64,000 bases of DNA, taken from positions 52,266,001 to 52,330,000 of the forward strand of contig JAGIQG010000008.1 of NCBI GenBank assembly GCA_024679065.1, read 5' to 3'. The notes under the pieces were generated by a model. That model did not search any database and had not been told where the DNA came from. It was given only the letters and a program-made list of their open reading frames with translations. Shown piece by piece: positions 53,354-64,000 of the stretch. Each line of letters begins with the position of its first letter. The first letter of the stretch is position 1. The stretch is from Sphyrna mokarran. Taxonomy: Eukaryota. A program made the position numbers and the translations under genes.

Positions 53354-53530
53354 AATGAAAACAGAACATTCCGGAAATACTCAGCAGGTTTGGGCAGCAT
53401 CTGTGGAAAGAGTGTTGACATTTCAGGTCTATGACCTTTCATCAGAACAGTACTTGTGAAACGTTAACTCTCTCACAACAGATGCTGCCGGGCACCATGA
53501 GTTTTTCCATCACTTTCTGTTTTATTTTAT
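53354..53530. mobile_element. Fold-back element of a second Penelope-like family
   Basis: Left arm aaaacagaacattccggaaatactcagcagg...gcagcatctgtgga is inverted relative to right arm cagatgctgcc...gagtttttccatcactttctgtttt. A hammerhead motif lies between them. Related fragments occur near 17675-17776, 20690-20756, 28845-28961 and 36128-36240. Confidence 0.6.
53413..53449 (-). ncRNA. Minimal type I hammerhead ribozyme motif
   Basis: Minus strand reads UGUU-CUGAUGA-A-AGGUC-AUA-GACCU-GAAA-U-GUC-AACA: 4-bp stem I, 5-bp stem II, GUC cleavage triplet, minimal stem III. Confidence 0.65.
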
Positions 53531-54399
53531 TCATTAGTGGGACATGAGCAGCATTTACTTCACTGTCAGGGAGCTAACTGCACTAGTAACTAGAAAAGAA
53601 ATCAAGAATTTACTTTGTGTGGTCAGCAGTTAGAACAGCATCATTAAACTGCCAATGTTGAAACACTCCCAGTCAAGCATATATTTCTAATTTTTCTAAA
53701 GTTCTTTTTCAGGTTGCTGGCAAGGCTTGCATTTATTGCCCAATCTAAAATGTCCTGAGGTAATGGTGGTGGACCGCCCTCTTGAACTGTTGCCACCGTT
53801 ATTGTTATTCTTTGCAAACAGTCTGAGAGGCATCGACAGATAGCAGTTCAGAACTAATCCACATTGCGAGGCACCAAATGTACAGGTCAAACCAGGTAAA
53901 GACCTCCTAAAGGTGTTTATACCAATCTGACCACCAGACAGTGACCAATTTTCAATTGATGACAAGTTTTAATATCTCCAGATACTGCAATGCCTGCTCT
54001 CCTGCCAAACACACTTGGCTAAAACTGGGAAGTTCATCTTAGTGTGAATTGATTTTTGCCAAAAGGCATCAGCTTGCTGTTTCTCAGGAGAGGGGGAGGG
54101 GAGTTGACAGGCAAGCTGTGAACACAGCCACACCCCATGGAAAGGAGCCAGCTCTGCACCTGCACTTTCTGACTCTGCAATTAGGCTCATTCCCACCAAG
54201 GCTTTGAGTCCCACAGACCTGCTAAACTGACACAAAGTCGGAGGGGAGGATTGCACACTCACACCTGGAGCACTCATTGTACCTTACCAGGGAAGAAAAC
54301 AAAAAATCCTGCAACCACTGCAGGTAAGATGGAGATAAATACACCAGGTCAGACATTATGGCAGAACAGGGTTGGTAACATTTTTTGATCTCAGTTCTG

Positions 54400-54965
54400 T
54401 TTTCTCACTCTATTTCCATTTAAAAGATATATCAGCGTCTGACCCTGCACCATCCCCACCACTCAAAACACTCCACACAACTCTATCCATTCATAGCATG
54501 CTAGAGAAATATCATGAACCATGACTTCACCATATCCACCAAATCCATTGGCAAGAAAGACAGTGCAACACAAGTATCTTCTTCCAAGTCAACTTGTCCA
54601 CATCAAAGCGCTAACCACACAAAACCAGCTCCACTGAGGTAGGACATGTCATTTGTGTGCCTGACACCAAGACCCCTGAAAGAAAACTGCTCCACTTGGA
54701 ACTCAGTCACAGCAGGAAACTCCAAGAAACGCTAGGATGTCCTCAAAAATTCTCTGAAAAGGTCAAACATACCCACTGACTCATAGGAGGCCCTGGCTTT
54801 TGTGACTGATCAAAATAGAGAAGATTCATTCAGGAAGACACCAAACACTCAAAAGACAATGTCAGGAATGTGCAGAGGCTTCGCAGCAAATGCCTAAACC
54901 ATTCAAGCACCACTTGCCCCACAGATGATGGAATCTTCAGTTCAGGCTTTGGACTTATCAGGGTA
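54400..54965 (+). mobile_element. RTE-clade LINE 3' relic
   Basis: Broken frames recall the RTE C-terminus QLxWxGHVxxMPDxRxPKxLLxxEL...KRxxDVLKxSLK (aaccagctccactgaggtaggacatgtc...cctgacaccaagacccctgaaag). Confidence 0.65.
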
Positions 54966-56651
54966 ATGACTTTAATGAGGTCCACAAGTATGACTCCCTG
55001 ATTGACCCAGTTAATGCTGTTAAATCTGGGAGCCCTGCAGAGGTATATAATAGTGTCAGCATTACCAACACTCATGGTCTATAATCTACACACTTGTAAA
55101 TAAATCTGGATTTGGTAAAGGATCACTGGCCTCATGTGAGTTATTTCAATCAGCCTCTTCCTAAACTACTGAACCAAGCAAGTCCTCCTCAATCCTGAGG
55201 GACTCCCTAAGGCGATGACACGGAATTGACAAATGAAGTACTGTCCCTGTCCTATCATTCTGAATCTGTTCTTTGCGGTATATTTGTTAGATAATAAATG
55301 CCAAAACCAGCCCCATTCGGCACTAGAATTCCTGGAAATTTCAGCACCATCCAATTTCTCATGGTCTGAATACTGAGTTTATTTTTCATCCTGCTCTAGT
55401 TTAATTCTCCTCCCCACTATCTCTTATGAAGCTTGAGTTGCCAACACAACAGTCAGGAATCTCCTAATTTACTTCTGCCAATGAACCCAGAGAAAGATTA
55501 TTAAAAACAAAATTCTTCTTCATCTCATTTTCTGAGCGTCTTTGTTTATTAAGTATAAAAACATTATACCAGGTGGGGAAACCAGCTTTTTCATAAACAA
55601 TCGAGAATTACGTAAACATGTAGCCAAGAAGCTGTCTGCCTTACAAAAGAAGGAAGGTGATGACCTCTGAAGGTGGATGTGTGGTGACCATTGATGAGGA
55701 CGGGGCAATCTGTTAAGCCAGTATTCATGAGTCTTTCTCTATGCCAGCATTTTATCTTACAAACGAGAGATTAAAGCCTAACCTGTCTCCTCTCTTCACA
55801 GTCTCCTTACCCAGACTTTTGAGCACAGGGTTGAATTTTTAACAAATTCCCTCCCTCCCTTGACTTTACTTATCCCTTGAACTGAGCAATAATATGGGCC
55901 TTCTGCCCAGGTACTGTCTTGCCGCCATCTCCTCTGGTACGTTAATTGCTTTCAACACATCTGCTTTTTTGCAAGTTCATACTTCCCAAGGCAAGGTTTG
56001 CCACAAATGTTTTGCGTCTCTCAGCAACCAATTGTTCTGACCAGTTGTGCGCTTGAGCTGATTTCAAACTGTGCAAACATAAAGCGATCAGAACTATGCT
56101 GCAGGCCTTTTAAGAATGGGCTTTTAGGGATTTTATCTTTTTATTTCAAGAAAGCGTTAGAATTCAACGAGACTCGACGGATGTAGAGTCTAGTTGTTCT
56201 GATGTCTTTGTTTGTTGCTTCAGGAGGGTAAAGGATGTTAGTGCTCAGGATCGAAATGCTTTTTTCCATTTTAGTAGTGGTGAGTGATCATGATTTATAC
56301 CCAGGTCTGATATCGTAACCAGCCGAAGGAATAAGCTTTCATTAACTCAACTCCAATGAGTGTTGTAACTCTAGTGCTCTAATCCTTCCCTTTTCTCTAT
56401 CCTGAGACTTACCATGGTTTCCTTCCCACACCAAGCTAGGCCGAGACTAAAAGCTAGACAAAGGGGAGTGGGGAAGGTGCGTTTCCACGGCTTCAATTCA
56501 TTGGAAATGGAGCAACTTGCATTTCTATAGTGTCATGAATGGCCAGAAAACTGCTCTCTGAGGAGGGTTTCAGTGGATGATACTCTGAAGTAGCGTTGGA
56601 ATTACTGACATTGAAGAGGTGGATATAGATGGTACTTGGGACAGAGAAGGG

Positions 56652-56931
56652 ATCACAGAATCCCTACAGTGCGGAAAGAGGTCATTCGATCCATCGAGTC
56701 TGCACCAACCAGGCTCTATTCCCATAACCCCACATATTTGACTCTGCTAATCCCCTGACACTATGGTCAATTTAGCATGGCCAATCAACCGAACCCACAC
56801 AGCTTTGGATTGTGGGAGGTAACCAGAGTGCCCAGGGGAAACCCACACAGACACAGGGAGAACATGCAAACTCCACACAGACAGTGACCCAAGCCAGGAA
56901 TTGAATCTGTGAGGCAGCAGTGCTAACCATG
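56652..56931 (-). mobile_element. HE1-like V-SINE
   Basis: V domain and tail recognisable. Confidence 0.85.
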
Positions 56932-57589
56932 ATGTGACTTGAAGTTCCGCCTGGGGCTGATCAGAGTGATGTGCATCACTCACACAAACCTGAAACATTG
57001 GCTGGGGGTGGGATGGAAGTCAGTTCCAAGGATGAAGTTTGTGGTTAGGGCTTCAATCTTTACAATACTGCGCTGGAAGTAAAAGGCTATGGTTGGTCTA
57101 TCAGTCAGACTGCACAGGGCCCATGAGAGAGAGAGCTGGGTGTCGTGTGCCAATGGTCTTGTCAAAAAAAAAGTCACCACATAGCAGCACATTAATGAGG
57201 AAAAGGAGGAGGGGTTAAGGATAGGTAGCTAGGGAGTCTCAACAATATGTTACAAAGCTGGAAAAGAAGCCATCGTTGTAGATGCTTTCATTGTAATCAA
57301 TTAGAGATTAGCGTAAAAACGCTCCCTTCCAGTTGAACCACCTGCTCGTCCTGTCCTTCATCCAAAAATCCTTGCACATTATAGGAAACTTGAGTTCAAT
57401 TAGCTTATGAGCAACTTAATGGTTTGCCAAGTTCTCAACTACAGGCTCTGACACAACAGTTTCATTCATCTAGTTCCAGAATACACACAGGAAACATGCC
57501 ATGGTTTATTAAGATTTTATTTAAGTTTGGCCCCAGTAACATTAAGCCAGAGTTTAATCCACAGGACAACATTATCTCCTTTTTTACAT

Positions 57590-57770
57590 TTATTCTTGGG
57601 ATGTAGACTTTGCTGGCAAGTCCAGCATTTGTTGCCCTTCCCTAACTGCGCATGAGAAGGTGGTGGTGAGCCATCTTCTTGAACTGCTGCAGTCCATGTA
57701 GTGTATATACATCCACAGTACTGATGGGGAGGGAGCTCCAGGTTTTTGATCCAATGATGGTGAAAGAATG
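57590..57770 (-). mobile_element. 3' tail of the second-family LINE
   Basis: Reverse complement of the same tail (gagaaggtggtggtgagccatcttcttgaactgctgcagtcc). Confidence 0.75.
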
Positions 57771-58184
57771 GCGAAAAAGTTGCAAACTAGAATGGTGCAG
57801 AGAGGAATGTATGATGATATTCCCACATACTATTAAGCCTAGATATGACTCATGATCACTCATCAATACTAAAATGGAAAAGCATTTCAATCCTGAGCAC
57901 TAATATCCTTTACCCTCCCTAAGCAAAAAATAAAGACATCAGGACAAATAGACTCTACCTTACATCTGTCAGGTATTGCTGAATTCAAATGGTTTCCTGA
58001 AATAAAAATATAACATCCTAAAAGCCTATCCTTAAAAAGCTTGCGGTACAATCCTGATTTCTGGGACTCACATGTTTAGAAGGTGCACTCTCACTATCAC
58101 CTCTGTGATAGTGAGAGTCGAGCTCTCAAATAAAAAGTGAAGCTTTATCAAGGAACTAATACTGCGTGTCCTTGATAGGTATGT

Positions 58185-60232
58185 TCCTGGCAGACACGGA
58201 GGAAATGGCCGAGTGAGGGAACCATGGTTCACAAAGGAGGTTGAATGTTTTGTCAAGGGGAAAAAGGAAATGTATGTAAGGATGAAAAAGCAAGGTTCAG
58301 TTGAGTCGTTTGAGGGTTACGAGGTAGTAGGAATGAGTTAAAAAAAAAGGCTTAGGAGAGCTAAGAGGGGGCATGAGAAGTCCTTGGCGGGTCAGATAAA
58401 GGAAAGCCCTCAAGCTTTTTGTTCTTATGTGAGAAATAAAAGAATGACCAGGGTGAGGTTAGGGCCAGTCATGGATAGTAGTGGGAACTTGTACATGGAG
58501 TCAGAAGAGATAGGCGAGGTGCTGATGAATACTTTTGTTCAGCGTTCACTAAGGAGAGGGGCCATGTTTTTGAGGATGAATGTATGATACAGGCTGACAG
58601 GGTGGAGGAGATAGAAGTTCTGAGGGAAGATGTGTTAGCAATTTTTAAAAACCTGAAGGTCATTAAGTCCCCTTGGTCAGTTGAGATAAATTCTAGGATA
58701 CTTTGGGAGGCAAGGGATGAGATTGTGGAGCCTTTAGCTCTGATCTTTAGATCCTCACTGTCCACAGGGATTGTACCAGAGGACTGGAAAGTGGTGAATG
58801 TTGTTCCCCTCTTCAAGAAAGGAAACAGGAATGAGAAATAGGAATGATTCTGGTAATTATAGGCCAGTTAGTCTTACTTCAGTGGTTGGTAAGTTAATGT
58901 AAAGGGTCCTGAGATATAGGATTTATGACCATTTGGAAAGATGCAGTTTAATCCGGGATAGGCAGCACAGTTTCATGAGGGGTAAGTCCTGCCTCACAAA
59001 TTTGACTGAATTCGTTGAGGAGGTAACTAACTGTGTAGATGAGGCTAGAGCAGTTGATGTTGTATACGTGGATTTTAATAAGGTGTTTGATAGTAACACA
59101 TTAGTGTTAGTAAGGTTCTCCATGATAGGCTCACGAAGAAAGTAAGGAGGTGTGGGATAGAAGGAAATTTGGTCAATTGGATAAGTAACTGGCTGTATTA
59201 TAGAAGACAGAAAGTGGTGATAGAGAGAAAATTTTCAGACTGGAGGCCAGTTACCAACGGTGTACCGCAGGAATCAGTGCTGGGTTCTCTGCTATTTGTG
59301 ATTTTTATCAATGACTTGGAAGAGGAGGCTGAAGGGTGGGTTAGTAAATTTGCTGATGACACCAAGATTGGTGGAGTAGTGGATGAGGTGGACAGCTCTT
59401 GCAGGCTGCAAAGAGACATTAATAGGATGCAGAGCTGGACTGAAAAGTGGCAAATGGAGTTTAACACTGACAAATGCAAGATGATTCATTTTAGTAGGAC
59501 AAACATGAATGTGGATTACAGGGTCAACAGTAGGATTCTGAGGAATATGGAGGAACAGAGAGATCTCGGGGTTCATATCCATAGATCTCTGAAGGTTTCC
59601 ACGGAAGTGGATAGAGCCGTGAAAAAGGCTTATTAACAGGGGGTTTGAGTTTAAGAGCCATGGGGTTATTCTGCAACCATACCAGACCTCGGTGAGACCA
59701 CATTTGGAATATCGTGTGCAGTTCTGATCATCTCACTATAAGAAGGATGTGGAAGCATTGGAGAGAGTGCAGAGGAGATTTACCAGGACCCTGCCTGGTT
59801 TGGAAGGTAGGTCTTATGAGGAAAGATTGAGGAAGCTGGGGCTTTTCTCTTTAGAGTAGAGGAAGATGACAGGTGACTTAATAGAGGTTTATAAGATTAT
59901 AAGGGGGATAGATTGAATGGACGTGCAGAGACTATTTCCTCGGGTGGATGTAGCTGTTACTAGGGCACATAACTTTAAGGTTTATGGTGGGAGATATAGG
60001 AGGAATGTCCGAGATAGATACTTTACTCAGAGAGTGGTTGGGTGTAGAATCCACTGCTGTGATAGTGGAGACGAACACTTTAGGAACTTTCAAGCGGTTA
60101 TTGGATAGGCACGTGGAGCACACCAGAATTATAGGGAGGGGATAGCTTGATCTTAGGTTTGGACATAGCTCGATACAGCTTCGGGGCCGAAGGGCCTGTA
60201 CTGTGCTATACTGTTCTATATTCTATGTTCTA
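58185..60232 (+). mobile_element. CR1/HER1 LINE fragment (linker, RT, 3' end), decayed
   Basis: PEDWKVVNVVPLFKKG, KSCLTNL, GVPQESVLG, KFADDTK. Tail ttctatattctatgttcta. Confidence 0.95.
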
Positions 60233-63200
60233 GGTTTGACAACAGCAACCTATGCTGCAGAACGTAGCCAGCAGCAAGACAAAAATAAATCTATTTAATG
60301 AGTAGTCCAAATCAAATTAGAATTCTGCCCAGAAATCACAAAAAGACAGATCTCACAATACTGGATCACGATTGCCTGTGAAAAGTCCATGCCCAATATC
60401 ATTTTTCCATGAGGGATTCCTCAGTTATCTTGCAGGCAAAATCCTAAACTAGATTCTCATTTCCCTCTCTCATGAACCAGCCAATTAACATGGAGTACAC
60501 ATAATCTCTTTAAGATTTTAGGAGCACGGATAAGGAATTAGCCGCGACCGCATGTATCAGATTATATGATGTGCTTTAATGCAATACTTATATTACACTG
60601 CAGAACACATGGTTACTCCTGTCACAGATACAGACTTACACTGCAGTGGGGGCAAGTGAAATGTCATCTGAAGAATAGTGGGAGAATTAACAAGGAGAAC
60701 AGGAATTGGAGGAAGTTGGTATACAGCTGCTCTCCCAAAACTGGGTCAGTGAATTAAAATCACTTCCCCAGCGCAATCAGCTTCTGCTACTAAACCGCCA
60801 GTGCTTCATCTATCATCTTCAACCACTTGAATTTATAAAGAGCCTCTCACATTGAAAGACATCTAAGGATACTTTACAGAGGCATATGGATAACAATAAA
60901 TAAATGAGGAAAAGTATCAGCTGGTGTGACCAAAGTCCAGTCAAAGAGGTGACCTGAATTTTAAGGAGTGTCTTGAAGGAGACAAGATGGGTTTGAGGAG
61001 GAAATCTCAGATAATGGAACCTCGTTAGCTGAAAGTGAAGGATGCCAATGGCATGGTGAAATTGAGACATAAATGGAAACACACTAGAAACCCTTGGGAA
61101 ATTTCAAAATCACAGCTGCTGCTCTTGATGGTGTGGAAAGCTTACCTTATGGCTGGATCTGACCAATGTAACACAACTCAAAAGCATCAGCTGATACAAC
61201 ATGGAAAACTGCCATTTGCCACACCAATTCTTACCACAGTCTGAAAGCTGTGCTAATTTGGTGCATTAACCATCTAAATTCTCTCTCAGCATACAGGAAC
61301 AGGCGCCATAGTGTGGCAACGAGGGGATTTTCATTGTAACTTCATTGCAGTGTTAACCTAAGACTACTTGTGACACTAATAAATAAACTTCTTGAGAAAA
61401 TTCACGAGGGCCAGAGAAGGGATGCCCAATGATAGCTCAAGAGTAGAAAGAGCTATTCAGTATTCATCCACCATTCAATTATGTGCTGACTGATCTACAC
61501 TCAATTCTATTTACCCAGCTTTGCTCCATATCCCTACATTCCCTTACCACACAGAAATGTAATTGTCTGGGCACTGAATCAACTGATTCAACATCCACAG
61601 TCTTTTGGGGATAGAGTGACAGATTACCATTATCCGATCTGAGAGAAAGTGCTTCTTAATTTCATTTCTGTAGGACATGGCTCCAATTCTAAGATCCATC
61701 CCCTTGCTCCTGATTCCCCAACAAAGGATCGTAATGGATTCCTTTATTATTTAAACACTGGAATCAGATCACCACTTAAATCTCCTGATAGTTTGTGCCA
61801 ACTCTCTCATAACTGAACCATTAAAGTCCCAGTATTATTCTGATCAAGCTACACAGGGCCCATGCCAAGGCAAAGGTGTTGTGCTTAAGGCTAAAAGCAA
61901 TACCCAGCTGACTAAGGCTATGTACAACTGTCCTCTGTGCATCACTTTCAGAGTCCGCGCACATTGGCCACGTTGTGAAGAGGCGGGGGTGTTTTTTCTG
62001 TGGATCTTTGACACCAGTTCAAGGTGGTTACATACCCACAAAACATCAGTTCCTGCTAGAGAGGAGAGGAAGACAAGTAGGAGACAGGCAAAAATAAACA
62101 AATATGTTATTCCATTGGGCAAACATATCAACCTTACTCCAGATGAGATCCTGACTACAAGAAGGATCAGAACAACGGGCCCAAAAGCCACTCATATCCA
62201 TTATTATATATTCCATTCCAACTGGACCCGTTACATCAGACATCAACTCAAAAAACTGGTGAAAGCTGCATCTAAAACACTGGGGGGAGATGGGGGCGGA
62301 AAAATATATTCCCCTCTTCCAATTAGGATCATCAGCTCGTACAAAGCATAACAGTTTTGATACATGGCTTTCTTTGTTGCAATGCATGCTGGGATAGGCC
62401 AGCCTCCATAGCTGCTTGCAGCGTAGAAAATCAAGAGAGAAGATTTTCCATCTAACAGTGGAAGTGATGTTTTGTGCGTACACCATTTCACTAAGGTGAG
62501 ATATCTATCCACTCATTCGCTACCTCACCCTAAATGGCTGGTGATGGTGAGTGAGTGTTGCTGGTAAGTGCTGCTGGAGTGTTGAGCCATGGGAAGTGCA
62601 AGATATAGTTCTAATGTAGGAAGCACGGTGACTAATTTGCACATAGCAATGAAACACACAGCACATTCACCTATTTTATGATATTGACAGGAAGATAAAT
62701 ACTATACTGGCCAGAATGCTGGTCAGTACACCACTGCTCTTCTTCCTTAGTGGTGTGGGATATTTGGCATCCTCGTGAGTGAGTTAGTGAGGTCCTGGTT
62801 TAACTGGTCCCACCCAAAAGGCAACACCTCTGGCAGGCCAGCATTCCCTCAGGAATGCACTGGAGAGTCAGTATGGATTAGTCTCTGAAATAGGATTTGA
62901 ACCTGTGATCCACTGACTCAAAATGCAGACATGTTGTCCACCGAGTCACAGGTGACACCTATGATGGGGAATTAGGGGAAGGGAGAGCAAAACCATCCAT
63001 GGAATGAATAGTTCAAATACACAGAATGCTGTGTATAAACACCAATAAAATGCAATCTTTTAACACTGAGTCCCCAGCATCTGCTGACCTTCTGTGAAGA
63101 TGATGTTCAAATTGCCAGATGACATGGGACTGCTTTATGGGCTGTTAGTCACCTTTAGTGAATGAAATGAATGAGTGATTAGAGTGACTTGGAATCGACT

Positions 63201-63722
63201 CAAGCAGCTGAAAAAGCAAGAGAAATCAAAAAAAAAATCTGCCATGGGCCATGTTCAACAAATCAATTGAAGCTGGGAATAAAACTGCCAATCTGGATTC
63301 TCTGCTAAATAAACTGCACAGTGCCTCTGCTGAATAAAACGTCAGCCTCAAGTCTATGCGAAATAAGTAAGTGAGCCCAAAAGCAAAGCTCTCCTTCTAT
63401 CAGCTTCTGTTTGTTCTCTTGCCAGCTCTGCTCTGTGTTACAGTTCACAAGGTGGTCACTGCCAATGAGAACTCTATTCACGAGTCTCAATAATAATGCT
63501 GAACTGGCAATTTGACCTTGGAAGGCATGCGGCTCCACGCGCATCTCTGACATGGAAGAATGGGACAGCTCAAAAGAAGTAACCTGTCCATGCGGGCAGT
63601 GAGATCAACTCTAGTCAGCTGTTGTCCCAAATGTCAGCAAAGCCCTAGCAGTAGATCATTTGATTCACTGAAAGATGGCTAACTGCCCATGAAGCAGACC
63701 CTTGTCACCCTGGCTATTTGAA

Positions 63723-64000
63723 CATGATGTGGACATGCCAGCGTTGGACTGGGGTAAACATGGTAAGAAATCTTACAACACCAGGTTAAAGTCCAATAGG
63801 CTTATTTGATAGCACAAGCCACAAGCTTTTGCCTCTTCATCAGGTGAGCAGGAGTTCTGTTTGCAAACAGGGCATATAAAGACACAAACTCAATTTACTG
63901 AATAATGGTTGAAATGCGACTCTTTACAGGTAATCAAGTCTTAAAGGTACAGACAATATGAGCAGAGAGGGTTAAGCACAGGTTAAAGAGATGTGTATTG
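63723..64000 (-). mobile_element. Penelope-like element end, running off the window
   Basis: Reverse complement of the family terminus (gatgtggacatgccagcgttggactggggtaaac). Hammerhead remnant CAC-CUGAUGA-AGAGGC-AAAA-GCUU-GUG at 63820-63846 (minus), followed by further sequence to the window edge. Confidence 0.7.

Larger units (their letters stand above)
56087..58058. repeat. Imperfect inverted repeat pair (56087-56293 and 57850-58058)
   Basis: tcatgatcactca..actaaaatggaaa..agcatttc.atcctgagcactaa.atcctttaccctcc is present in both orientations; roughly 80% identical by eye. Confidence 0.88.

Noticed and set aside
61844-62512. Cluster of overlapping 89-156 aa ORFs on both strands
   Set aside because: No recognisable domain or TPR pattern, and no match to the expected upstream TMTC1 exon; consistent with chance ORFs.
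51234-64000. Next upstream TMTC1 exon (expected ...ALNNLGTL...RALFNLGNLL...)
   Set aside because: Not found by eye. Minus-strand donor-like sites near 54285 and 61143 do not follow TPR-like coding sequence. The exon is probably outside the window.

Overview
Vertebrate genomic DNA, most likely from a shark or other elasmobranch (inferred from HE1-like V-SINEs, HER1/CR1 LINEs and Deu-domain SINEs). It holds the last eight coding exons of TMTC1 (TPR-containing protein O-mannosyltransferase) on the minus strand, from 51233 down to the stop at 23698. All seven introns between them are GT-AG with consistent phases. The next exon upstream was not found and probably lies beyond 64000. The rest is intron and intergenic DNA dense in decayed retroelements: CR1/HER1, a second CR1/L2-clade LINE, Rex1/Babar, RTE, HE1 SINE and DeuSINE. 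The most notable signal is two families of short Penelope-like (PLE) elements. One forms fold-back insertions, several with 13-15 bp target-site duplications. Both carry minimal type I hammerhead-ribozyme motifs. Examples include a tandem pair at 28290-28395 that could fold as a dimeric hammerhead, and an intact GUC-site motif at 53413-53449. Both read in the TMTC1 pre-mRNA sense. Repeat boundaries were read by eye and are approximate; exon boundaries are exact.
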